Source of the DNA: Acidimicrobiia bacterium
GTDB lineage: Bacteria > Actinomycetota > Acidimicrobiia > Spongiisociales > JAHEDJ01
Length of the DNA stretch: 42,107 nucleotides
Direction: 5' to 3'
Assembly (NCBI GenBank): GCA_029210695.1
Contig: JARGFH010000033.1
Location: forward strand, 1-42,107
Under the pieces are notes generated by a model. It had not been told where the DNA came from, did not search any database, and saw only the letters and a list, made by a program, of their open reading frames with translations. The position numbers and the translations under genes were made by a program. Positions 25,193 through 33,486 of this stretch are shown in pieces. The first letter of the stretch is position 1, and the number at the start of each line of letters is the position of its first letter.

Positions 25193-25899
25193 TATTGCTC
25201 CCGCTGGATTCGTTCAGGGTCATCGCTGATGATGCCACCAACGCCGTCTCCGACCAGGCGGGCGGCGACGGCGGCATCGTTCACCGTCCAGGTCACGACC
25301 TCGAGGCCGGCTTCGTGCGCCTGATCTATTGGCCGGCTCCCCGAGTTGATGAGGAGACTGAAGTGAGGGGCGACCACCTCGTGTCCGGTGGCGACGGCTG
25401 CCTCAATAGCGTCTGTCAACGAGCCACCCTCGTCGACCAGAAGACCGGTGCGGACGTGGGGCAGGGCCAGCTTCACGATATCCATGGTCGGCCAGAAGAA
25501 ACAGGTGACGACGTCAAAAGGTCTGGCACAAGCCGCCACCTCGACCGCGACCTCGCCGCCGGGATCAAAGCCGGGTTGCAGCGGTGAGTTCTTGATCTCG
25601 ATGTCGAGTGGGGTGTTGGGAAGGGCGTTCAGAACGAACTCGAGTAACGCCGGGTGGTAGCCCCCGCCGAGATCGATATTTCGGAGCTCCTCCCAGGTGT
25701 GATCATGGATCGTGGTGTCTTGTAACGCAGGATCGTGGGAGAGCACCATCTGCCCGTCGGCCGACCTCCGGACATCCAGTTCAATGAAATCGGCCACTTT
25801 CGCCGCGGCAGTGATGCCTTCGAGCGTATTATCGGGATAGACCAGTGGAAGCCCACGATGGCCGCCAACCTGGGTATTATTGGATTCTTGCAGTTTCAT
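25192..25899 (-). CDS. Glycerophosphodiester phosphodiesterase family protein
   Basis: GHRG, NTL, IELDVRRSADG, VLSHD, IEIK, WTVND, GIISDDP. Confidence 0.93.
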   Translation of the reverse strand: MKLQESNNTQVGGHRGLPLVYPDNTLEGITAAAKVADFIELDVRRSADGQMVLSHDPALQDTTIHDHTWEELRNIDLGGGYHPALLEFVLNALPNTPLDIEIKNSPLQPGFDPGGEVAVEVAACARPFDVVTCFFWPTMDIVKLALPHVRTGLLVDEGGSLTDAIEAAVATGHEVVAPHFSLLINSGSRPIDQAHEAGLEVVTWTVNDAAVAARLVGDGVGGIISDDPERIQREQ

Positions 25900-25919
25900 G
25901 TGTTTTCCGAAATTACCCC

Positions 25920-25976
25920 TTGTGGACCCGGCGCGCGGCCGTTACAGTTTCCACGCTACTTGTGAAAAACGTCACA
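25920..25976 (+). promoter_or_regulatory. whiB1 promoter and CRP/GlxR-type binding site
   Basis: TTGTGG-17-TACAGT (25920-25948); perfect TGTGA-N6-TCACA at 25961-25976. Confidence 0.75.
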
Positions 25977-25994
25977 AACATCCAGGAGACCTCA

Positions 25995-26270
25995 GTGCTC
26001 ACCCAAACAATCGCAACCGAATGGCGAACTCTCGCCTCGTGTCGCGATTCTGATCCGACATTGTTCTTCCCTATCGGGACCACGGGCCTTGCCCTCGATC
26101 AGATCGCTTCCGCCAAAACTATCTGTGCCGCCTGTTCGGTGCAGGAAGACTGCCTCCAGTACGCCCTCCAGTCCAATCAGGAGTCCGGCGTGTGGGGCGG
26201 CTACGCCGAAGACGAGCGTCGTCGCCTGCGGAAGCGCTGGTTGGCGGAGCGCCGCCGCCGCGCAAGCTAA
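25995..26270 (+). CDS. whiB1: WhiB-family Fe-S regulator, WhiB1/WblE-like
   Basis: AGGAG RBS and GTG start. C-x22-C-x2-C-x5-C, DPTLFFPIGTTG, GVWGG, basic tail. Confidence 0.9.
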   Translation: MLTQTIATEWRTLASCRDSDPTLFFPIGTTGLALDQIASAKTICAACSVQEDCLQYALQSNQESGVWGGYAEDERRRLRKRWLAERRRRAS

Positions 26271-26288
26271 CGACACCGAATCTCGACA

Positions 26289-26317
26289 GAGAGGCCGGCG
26301 CAACCCGCCGGCCTCTC
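26289..26317. terminator. Hairpin terminator between convergent whiB1 and DUF3107
   Basis: 12-bp perfect stem GAGAGGCCGGCG/CGCCGGCCTCTC with 5-nt loop. Confidence 0.75.
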
Positions 26318-26392
26318 CAATTCTCCTGTTTTCTCGGCAATACTGTGGCGCGTCACAAGTCATTGCATTGCGGAGAAAATCCGAAGATGGGC

Positions 26393-26620
26393 TCAGTCGC
26401 CGCCGAAGCCGACATTCGGCCGGTCCTTCGTCCCCTCCATCTCGACGTAGGCGATCTTGCGCACCGGGATCCCGACCGACCGCCCCTTCGTATCCACTAC
26501 CCAGAGAACGCGCGATGAACCCTCCACGAAAGCGGCCTCGACCTCTTTCTTGAACGGTCCCGCATCCTCGACGTCGAGCTCGATCTCCCTGCTTTCACTG
26601 ATGCCGATGCGAACGCGCAC
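26393..26620 (-). CDS. DUF3107 family protein
   Basis: GTG start with AGGAG; VRIGISESREIELD...LWVVDTKGRSVGIPVRKIAYVE...VGFG. Confidence 0.88.
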   Translation of the reverse strand: MRVRIGISESREIELDVEDAGPFKKEVEAAFVEGSSRVLWVVDTKGRSVGIPVRKIAYVEMEGTKDRPNVGFGGD

Positions 26621-26664
26621 GTAGTCTCCTTGTTTGCCGGAATCACCATCGTACCGTCCGGCAC

Positions 26665-29600
26665 TCAGGAAGTAGCCACCTGCACGACCTCGATATCTCC
26701 CCCCTGCACCAGATAACCGCGCCCCGGGAGGTGGAAAGATGGACCCCGACGTGGGAAACGCGTCTGCCACAACTCTCCGTCCAGATCGGGGTCGGGTCGC
26801 AACGACACCCCCAGCCGGCAGCGGCGGATGTCCCTGGTCCAATGTTGATAGAGGCCCCGTAGCGCGTCTGCTCTTCCGGCCGCGATCACGTAGAACTCGT
26901 CTCGAGGCCGGGTGAGGAGGGCGTTCAGCTCCGGATGCTCGATCCGTTCGGCATCGTCGATGACAACCAGGGTTGGTTCCGACCGGTCGCGCACGGCTTC
27001 CAGGAGCTCATCGACGGACCCGCAGCAGGTTCCGGCCACCTCACAGAGCATCGATCCCGGCCCGGCCAAGGCGACAACCTCCAGGTCGGGATCAGCGGTT
27101 GCCGCCAGACGAGCCATCGAGGCAAGTGCCGTCGTTCTTCCACTTCTGGCCGGACCGGCGACCAGCACGTGATCGCCGGCATGCATTCGAAACCCGATCG
27201 GGGCCAGGTCGCGATCGCCGAGTCCCACCGGCAGGAATCTGCCCTCGCCGGCTGCGCCCGGGTGGTGCGACAGGGCTTCGAGGGGAACCCGGTGGGGCAA
27301 GATACCGATTCGTTCCGGAGGAGTACCGTTCGGCTGCATGTCCAGAAGCCGGCGGGTTTCCGCCGGCGATGGCCGTCCGACCTGGACCATCCGGCCGGCC
27401 GCATCGAAACCGCGCCCTCGCACCAGGTCCGGAACGTCGCGCGGTGTCACACCGGCAGCCGCGTACTCGACTGGATCGGCGAGGCGGAAACACAATCGCG
27501 GCCCGATCGAGGAGGCAACGGCAGACGGAACCGCCCCGGGACGCAACGCCGATACGAAGGGGAAGATCCCGAAGGCGGGGCCCTCCACCATCACTCTGAT
27601 CAAGGCTTCACGTATGTCGAGGTCGCCGGGACCATCGAAGGCGCTCAGCACGATCCCCAGCCGTTCCACAATCACGAGGACCATGCTTTGGCGCGCCCCT
27701 CCCCGACGTCGATCCTCGAGCAGGCTATCCAGTCGCCTGACAACCCGGACCACCCGCTCGCGATCGGCAATGCGGGCGATCCCCCCAACGTGAGGCCATT
27801 CCTCGAGGTCGGCGAGCGACCCTCCCCCACCATCCAGGCCGTAGATGTGCAGCCCGCCCGGGTCGGTGGCGAGCGCGAGCGCGAAGGCGCAGGACACGAT
27901 GGCATCCGACGCACCCGAGCCCTCGACTCCAAAGGAGAGCAAACCACCGTCGCCGGGGTTCCAGACGAGGTCACCGACTCGTTGCCGATCGGGTTCATCG
28001 ACCAGGCCGAACACTCCGGTGCCCCGATCCGACCCTCCCAGCTCGAGCGCGTCGGGGAGCGGCGGAGCCCACGGTGCTCGTGGCGGTTGCCATCCAAGCA
28101 CGCGGACCGCTGCCGACGCCAACGCCGAAAACCGTTCGAGTTCGCTCGGTGATGAGGCGAGCTCCTGCTCCTGCGCAACCGCCACCGGTTCCCAGCCGAA
28201 CCGGACCGGAACGGCGATGGGAAGATCGCCGGCGCCCGGACGATCACCTCCGCTGATCCTGGCCGTCTGGAAGGGCACCAACTCGCCCGGGCCGAGACGC
28301 AGCACTCCGCGACCAGGGAACCGGCGGGGAAGTCGGGCAGCCACCGGATCGTCGATCACGTCACGCGAGTCTGCGACCGTCTGCACCCGCAGCGCCACGC
28401 GCAGGTTGGTGTTGGCGCGGATTGCATCACCAACGACGCCGGCGGGACGCTGCGTCGCCAGGATCAGATGCACACCGAGCGAGCGTCCTCGACGGGCGAT
28501 GTCGACGAGCGATGGAACGAACTCCGGGATGTCCCCGGCCAGGGCGGCGAACTCATCGACGATGACGACGAGACGCGGCAAAGGCGCGGCTTCGCCCAGG
28601 CGATGATACGAATCGACGTCCTCTGCCCCGGCAGCGCGCAGGACTTCCTCGCGATGTCGCAGTTCGGCCTCGAGACTCTGGAGGGCCCGTTTCCCGAGCC
28701 GGCGGTCGAGATCGGTAACCAGTCCGAGGACGTGCGGGAGGGCCGCGCAGGCGTCGAAGGCGCTGCCGCCCTTGTAATCGATGAGGGCGAAGGTCACGCG
28801 ATCAGGTCCGTAGTTCATGGCCAGCGATGTGATCAGAGAACGGAGCAACTCGCTCTTCCCGGAACCCGTTGTCCCGGCGATCAGCCCGTGCGGCCCGTCC
28901 GCAACGAGGTCGAGAGCCATCAGGCCGTTCTCGGTCAGACCAAGAGCGGCAAGAAGGCCTTCCGGCGGATCGGTCCACCGGGCGATCACTTCCGGAGTGT
29001 CCACCGGAAGACCGACGAGTGCTTGCATCGTGACCCCGGCCGGGAGGCGTCCACCCTCGGATGCTTCTTCCGGGTCGTCCAGCGCGTACAGTTGTCGGGC
29101 GACCAGTCCGGCCACGTCCGGCTGCACGCCGTCGATAGCAAACTCGACCTTCGTTCCGCCGCCGGCAGGATGTGTGAGCACGCCGAAGGCTCCGGAGATC
29201 GTCACCACTGTTTCGCACGACCCGGGAAGCTCCACCGGCGCAGCCTCAACTACCACTGCCGAGACCGTCCCATCATCAACGAGCGCCGCCAGCCGGGCGC
29301 GGAGCTGTGGATCCATTCCTCCGCCATCGAACACCACAACCAGGTCAGCCTCGCTTGCCTGGGTGAGGCTTGCCATGACTGATTCGATGTCGTCCGGGTC
29401 CGCACCGAGGCGGTAGCGCCCCGAGGAGCCATCCAGCCTGGTGTGCGGTAGCCACGAGCACCATTCCCAATCGGTCGTGGTGCCCGTGATGATCGCCAGG
29501 CGAACGTCGGCCGGACCGTGGTGCGTCACCAGTCGCAGAAGAAGAGCCCGCACCATCGCCAGGGCTCCCGGTCGGTCGCCGGCGACTCCAATCATGGTCC

Positions 29601-30642
29601 CGGCCTCCAGTCCGACCTCCACCGGTCCGTTCGGGAGTAGCGATCGCCGTTCGATCACTGCTTCCACCGTCGGGTCGCCGCCGGATGGAGACCGAACGGG
29701 GGGCTCCCACCAGGTCCGTCCCATGCCGATCGACAGCCGCAAATAGTCGGGATGGTGGCGGCGGCGTTCCCAGAGAACAGGTTCCATTTCTATCGCGCCT
29801 CGCACAAGGTCGGGGACGCACGGATGGCGGTCAAACCGCCGCTCGATCTCGTTTCGGGCGGCCCGTTCGAGCGCATCATCGAATACGGCGAGATCGGCGG
29901 CCCATGCCGCCGCGTTCCGGCGGCGGCCCTTTCGGAGGCGCAGGCGGTCCTCAACCAGCGCAATCGTCATCATCAACGGACCAACCAGCGCAATCACCGC
30001 CATGATCGGCCGGAAGACCAACGCCATGATCGCTCCCATCAGGGCCGGGCCGGCCAGCATGGCCCATCCCATTCGAGCCCGGGCGGCCGGTTCTGCAGGG
30101 GCAGCCGGGACATCGATAGCTTGCTCCGGCGACTTGGCGAGTTGCCGAGGTGGGCGGTTGAAGGAGCGGCGTCCGCGTACAGGCTCAACCCGTCGCTCTA
30201 TTGACCCCGGCGCCTTGATCAGCCACCTCGTCCCGCCGGCGCGGAACGTCTGCCCCACTCCAACCTGGTACACATCATCTGACCCATCCACACGGTGAAC
30301 GGTGACCATGCCCCGGTCATCTACGAACACCTGCGGCCCGCCTCGTCGGGTGAGGTCGTATCCACCAGGGGCGAGACGCCAGCGGCCCCCGGCATCGATT
30401 CCCGATTGCCCGACGAGTTCGACCACGCCGGTCTTCCCGATCACTGCCTCTTGCCCATCGGCCTCCCCGCCACGATCCAGCCGGGACCCGTCCCACATCG
30501 CGCCGATCGCAAGCGCCGGATCGATGCGCAAACCCTCGACGAGGAGGTCACCCTCTCCGTTCACCAGGGCGGCGACCGTCCCTAGTGGAGCATCCGGTGC
30601 AACGTCGACGTCGAAAGCACGTCCATCGACCTCAAAGCGCAC
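26665..30642 (-). CDS. FtsK/SpoIIIE multi-ATPase, EccC/EssC-like type VII secretion coupling protein
   Basis: FNRPPR, two TM helices, LWERR, DGPHGLIAGTTGSGKSELL, IDYKGG, VIVDEFA, GRSLGVHLILATQRP. Two further degenerate ATPase domains (GVEGSGAS, GPARSGRT). Directly downstream of two WXG100 genes. Confidence 0.88.
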   Translation of the reverse strand: MRFEVDGRAFDVDVAPDAPLGTVAALVNGEGDLLVEGLRIDPALAIGAMWDGSRLDRGGEADGQEAVIGKTGVVELVGQSGIDAGGRWRLAPGGYDLTRRGGPQVFVDDRGMVTVHRVDGSDDVYQVGVGQTFRAGGTRWLIKAPGSIERRVEPVRGRRSFNRPPRQLAKSPEQAIDVPAAPAEPAARARMGWAMLAGPALMGAIMALVFRPIMAVIALVGPLMMTIALVEDRLRLRKGRRRNAAAWAADLAVFDDALERAARNEIERRFDRHPCVPDLVRGAIEMEPVLWERRRHHPDYLRLSIGMGRTWWEPPVRSPSGGDPTVEAVIERRSLLPNGPVEVGLEAGTMIGVAGDRPGALAMVRALLLRLVTHHGPADVRLAIITGTTTDWEWCSWLPHTRLDGSSGRYRLGADPDDIESVMASLTQASEADLVVVFDGGGMDPQLRARLAALVDDGTVSAVVVEAAPVELPGSCETVVTISGAFGVLTHPAGGGTKVEFAIDGVQPDVAGLVARQLYALDDPEEASEGGRLPAGVTMQALVGLPVDTPEVIARWTDPPEGLLAALGLTENGLMALDLVADGPHGLIAGTTGSGKSELLRSLITSLAMNYGPDRVTFALIDYKGGSAFDACAALPHVLGLVTDLDRRLGKRALQSLEAELRHREEVLRAAGAEDVDSYHRLGEAAPLPRLVVIVDEFAALAGDIPEFVPSLVDIARRGRSLGVHLILATQRPAGVVGDAIRANTNLRVALRVQTVADSRDVIDDPVAARLPRRFPGRGVLRLGPGELVPFQTARISGGDRPGAGDLPIAVPVRFGWEPVAVAQEQELASSPSELERFSALASAAVRVLGWQPPRAPWAPPLPDALELGGSDRGTGVFGLVDEPDRQRVGDLVWNPGDGGLLSFGVEGSGASDAIVSCAFALALATDPGGLHIYGLDGGGGSLADLEEWPHVGGIARIADRERVVRVVRRLDSLLEDRRRGGARQSMVLVIVERLGIVLSAFDGPGDLDIREALIRVMVEGPAFGIFPFVSALRPGAVPSAVASSIGPRLCFRLADPVEYAAAGVTPRDVPDLVRGRGFDAAGRMVQVGRPSPAETRRLLDMQPNGTPPERIGILPHRVPLEALSHHPGAAGEGRFLPVGLGDRDLAPIGFRMHAGDHVLVAGPARSGRTTALASMARLAATADPDLEVVALAGPGSMLCEVAGTCCGSVDELLEAVRDRSEPTLVVIDDAERIEHPELNALLTRPRDEFYVIAAGRADALRGLYQHWTRDIRRCRLGVSLRPDPDLDGELWQTRFPRRGPSFHLPGRGYLVQGGDIEVVQVATS

Positions 30643-30925
30643 CGGCTACTCCTTCAAGGCCGGCGCCTGCGGCCGCCGCGGCCCGGATCCCGGCAGCCTC
30701 CCATTCGAGCCGGCTCGCCCCGGCGCGCAACCCCCGGGCGACACCGCGCAGGACCAACCGGTGGCTCAGCAGGTCCCTCTCCAGCTGATCTGCGGCCGGC
30801 CCGATCCACACCTCGGGCAGCTGCAACAGGGACGGTTCCAGATACGAAGCGATCGCGTCTTCGAGACGATTCGACTCCACCCGCAAGCGTGCGGCGGCCA
30901 ACTCGAGCGAGTCCGCCCCGGCCAT
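30632..30925 (-). CDS. WXG100-like protein 2
   Basis: 97 aa, helix-WIG-helix (EVWIGPAADQL). TGATG coupling to the upstream WXG100 gene; overlaps the ATPase start. Confidence 0.75.
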   Translation of the reverse strand: MAGADSLELAAARLRVESNRLEDAIASYLEPSLLQLPEVWIGPAADQLERDLLSHRLVLRGVARGLRAGASRLEWEAAGIRAAAAAGAGLEGVAGAL

Positions 30926-31203
30926 CAGGCCCCGTAGAGGTTGGTTGCCTGATCGATGGCGTCCCGCCGGGCGGCGACGACATGCGACGCTTCGAGCAGT
31001 GCCTCCTGGAGGTTGACCAGCATCGGCTGGAACTCCTCGTGCCATCGCCGCCGGAACTCGTCGGCGACGAGACCCGTCCACTGCGTCTGCGCCAGATTTG
31101 CGTCGATCGATCGGTTCAGCCGCTCGACCTGGTCGGCCTCTCTGGAAAAGGTGGTGGTGAGTGTCACCAACTGCTCGAGGTTGCCCCCAACAAACGTTGC
31201 CAT
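30925..31203 (-). CDS. WXG100 (ESAT-6/EsxA-like) type VII secretion substrate
   Basis: 92 aa, central QWTGLVADEFRRRW, amphipathic helices, GAAAGGG RBS. Confidence 0.9.
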   Translation of the reverse strand: MATFVGGNLEQLVTLTTTFSREADQVERLNRSIDANLAQTQWTGLVADEFRRRWHEEFQPMLVNLQEALLEASHVVAARRDAIDQATNLYGA

Positions 31204-31247
31204 ATCGCATCCCTTTCTCGATCAGCACCTTGGTGGCGCTTCTCGTC

Positions 31248-31309
31248 ACCGTATAGTGATAGATAAGATATGTCAAGAGTTGACGAGCGGCTTTAGGTAG
31301 AGATATCAT
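31248..31309. promoter_or_regulatory. Back-to-back divergent promoters for the WXG100 operon and the LysM-TcpC operon
   Basis: Minus strand: TTGACA (31271-31276)-17-TACGGT (31248-31253). Plus strand: TTGACG (31280-31285)-18-TATCAT (31304-31309), 6 nt before ATG 31316. Confidence 0.75.
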
Positions 31310-31315
31310 CATCTC

Positions 31316-32077
31316 ATGATGCATAGAAAACTCGCGGCGCTCCTGGCCTTCGAAGGGTTCGCAATCAGCGCACTCCACAGACTCGGTTCCAGGCCGGGAT
31401 TCGGTATCCGGTGGACGGACCTGCCGGCCCCGACCACCCGCCTCGACGACGCCGTCGCCTCAGGCCTTCGCTACCTCACCCTGACGCTGGCGTACTGGCT
31501 GCTCGCGTCGACGGTGCTGTATGTATGTGCACGTCTGGTGGACCTTCAGGCCGCCCTTCGGGCGGTGCAGTGGGCAACGCTCCCGGTTGTTCGCCGTCTC
31601 GTCGACCGGACCCTGGCGGTCGGCCTGACCGTCGGCACGCTCGTCACTCCGGCCCAGGCGATGGTCCAGACCGTTCCGCCGCCCGTCGAACAGATTTACA
31701 TTCCGACCCCGGCCGGCGTGCCGGAGGAACCGGTCGTCGATGCACAGACAGTGGTCCCGCCGTGGGCCTCCCTCCCGGCAGCGCCACCGCCGGCCGGGAA
31801 TCCATCCACTGATCTCCTCGACCATGAACCGGTTGACTCCCTCCCCGCCAACCTGTTGTTCGACGGATCCGAAACCCACGCGGTGGAGGTCGGGGAGAGC
31901 CTGTGGTCCATCGCCGAACATCGACTGCGCCTCACCACCGGTACCCCGCCCTCGGATGCCGCCACTGCGACGTACTGGGTCGAGCTGATTGCTGCCAACC
32001 GTGACAGGCTCATCTCAGGCGACCCGGACCTCATCTACCCCGGAGAGGTGCTGGTGATTCCCCCGGTGGCGCCGTGA
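31316..32077 (+). CDS. Membrane protein with C-terminal LysM peptidoglycan-binding domain
   Basis: N-terminal hydrophobic segments, Pro-rich linker, HAVEVGESLWSIA...YWVELIAANR...DPDLIYPGEVLVIP. Confidence 0.9.
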   Translation: MMHRKLAALLAFEGFAISALHRLGSRPGFGIRWTDLPAPTTRLDDAVASGLRYLTLTLAYWLLASTVLYVCARLVDLQAALRAVQWATLPVVRRLVDRTLAVGLTVGTLVTPAQAMVQTVPPPVEQIYIPTPAGVPEEPVVDAQTVVPPWASLPAAPPPAGNPSTDLLDHEPVDSLPANLLFDGSETHAVEVGESLWSIAEHRLRLTTGTPPSDAATATYWVELIAANRDRLISGDPDLIYPGEVLVIPPVAP

Positions 32078-32901
32078 TCGGCGTACGGTCTCCTGAACCG
32101 GAATACCGGCAACCTCCACCTGCACCACCGCCTGCTGCCCCTGTGCCTGCTGCGCGCTCGCGCCCGGAGAGCGCCTGGAAGCGGACGGCGGTTGTGTCCG
32201 GTGTTGCGATCACGGCAGGAGTCGTCCTCCTGGTGGCAGTCATCGTCCCGAGGCAGACGAACCCGGCCACACCACCCCTCGTCGTGGCCGGGTTCGCCGA
32301 GGGCTTCGTGCACACCTATCTGTCGGCGGCAGGAGAGGAATCCGAAGAGACGCTCGCCCCCTTCCTCGGCTACTCCCCATCGCTGATCGGCATGCGCCCA
32401 GGAGCCTTCTACGTGACCAATGTGTCCGTCCGGGGATTCTTCCCGCACGAAGAGGGCTGGACCGTCGAAGTCCGGGCAGAGGTCCTCGAGCAAACGGAGC
32501 GCGGATTTGCGCCGTCGCACCCCAGGCACTTCGCGATCCGGGTGATCGACAGGCCCGGAGCCGGATTGCTGGCCGACGGGCTCCCCGCTCCGATTGCGGC
32601 ACCGACCGTCGCCGCGGTACCGGCGCCCGCGCTGGAGGCGCCCCCGTCGGACGATGGCACGGCGGAGGCTGTGGCCGCTTATCTCGACTGGTATCTGACC
32701 GGATCGGCTCCCATCGGTGGTAGTGCGCCGGCAGGAGGGTTCGCTGGCGTGGAACTCCTCACCCTCCATCTGGAAGCGGATACCGCCGTGGCAGGCGTTG
32801 CGGTGACCACCGGCGGCGGGCACACGCTCCGGGTAGAGGTACCGCTGGCGAGAGTCGCCGGTGTGTGGCAGGTGGTCGACCTCAGCCGGGAATCCAGCTG
32901 A
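32074..32901 (+). CDS. Putative TcpC/VirB8-like conjugal-transfer family membrane protein
   Basis: GTGA coupling to the LysM gene. One TM helix, then two similar segments (AGFAEGFVHTYL...; AVAAYLDWYL...LARVAGVWQV) joined by a LPAPIAAP linker, as in TcpC double NTF2-like proteins. Confidence 0.65.
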   Translation: MIGVRSPEPEYRQPPPAPPPAAPVPAARSRPESAWKRTAVVSGVAITAGVVLLVAVIVPRQTNPATPPLVVAGFAEGFVHTYLSAAGEESEETLAPFLGYSPSLIGMRPGAFYVTNVSVRGFFPHEEGWTVEVRAEVLEQTERGFAPSHPRHFAIRVIDRPGAGLLADGLPAPIAAPTVAAVPAPALEAPPSDDGTAEAVAAYLDWYLTGSAPIGGSAPAGGFAGVELLTLHLEADTAVAGVAVTTGGGHTLRVEVPLARVAGVWQVVDLSRESS

Positions 32902-33286
32902 GGCGAATCCGCCGCTCCGCGTTGTCCTGGTTGGGATCAATGAGCATGACCGACTGCCAGGCCCCCAGCGCCGGCATCCCGCCCAGAACGGGAATGGTGA
33001 TGCTGGGTGCAATGAAGGCAGGCATTACGTGATCGGCGCCGTGGCCGGGCGAGCCGTGGCGGTGGCGCCACCGGTCGTCGCGGGGCAGGACACCGTCAAC
33101 GGCGTCTATGACATCACGATCGCTGCCGGCTCCCGACTCGATGATCGCTACCCCGGCGGTGGCGTGCGGCACGAACACCGAGACGAGTCCGTCCCCGCGG
33201 CCGGCGGCGAACTCTGAGACCTCGCTGGTGATATCAAACGCACCGCGGCGTCCCCCGGTGTGAATTGTGAGAACAACTGAATCCAA
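32882..33286 (-). CDS. YjbQ / UPF0047 family protein
   Basis: DIT, FVPHATAG, HRHGSPGHGADH, LGAWQS. Confidence 0.92.
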   Translation of the reverse strand: MDSVVLTIHTGGRRGAFDITSEVSEFAAGRGDGLVSVFVPHATAGVAIIESGAGSDRDVIDAVDGVLPRDDRWRHRHGSPGHGADHVMPAFIAPSITIPVLGGMPALGAWQSVMLIDPNQDNAERRIRLSWIPG

Positions 33287-33322
33287 GCTGCGACCCCCTC
33301 GGTCTAGCCGTTAGCCCGGGCG

Positions 33323-33352
33323 AAAACCTAGAACCTAAAGCCTAAAACCTAG
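33323..33352. repeat. Heptamer array (AAAACCT/AGAACCT family)
   Basis: AAAACCT AGAACCT AAAGCCT AAAACCT AG; same family as 7763-7880. Confidence 0.8.
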
Positions 33353-33459
33353 TGGTCCGTCGCGGATTTGGTGACTTGGTCTCCTGCCGGACGATCCCCG
33401 CTGTGGCAGGGTTCGTGGCACTGCCTACCCCGGTCATCAAATAGCAGACAGACCACTAG
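33349..33459. mobile_element. MITE-like element (~103 bp) flanked by CTAG
   Basis: CTAG-TGGTCCGTCGCGGATTTGGTGAC ... GTCATCAAATAGCAGACAGACCA-CTAG; imperfect ~23-bp terminal inverted repeats, no ORF. Confidence 0.75.
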
Positions 33460-33486
33460 AACCGTCGCTCCGGCTTGCCGGAGCGA

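Noticed and set aside
26344..26357. Second CRP-like site TGTGG-CGCG-TCACA
   Set aside because: Spacer is 4 nt instead of 6, and it lies between convergent gene ends.
26665..32901. Integrative conjugative element or AICE (FtsK/TraB + TcpC)
   Set aside because: The ATPase is multi-domain EccC-like and coupled to WXG100 genes; no integrase, relaxase, Rep, VirB4 or att repeats were seen.
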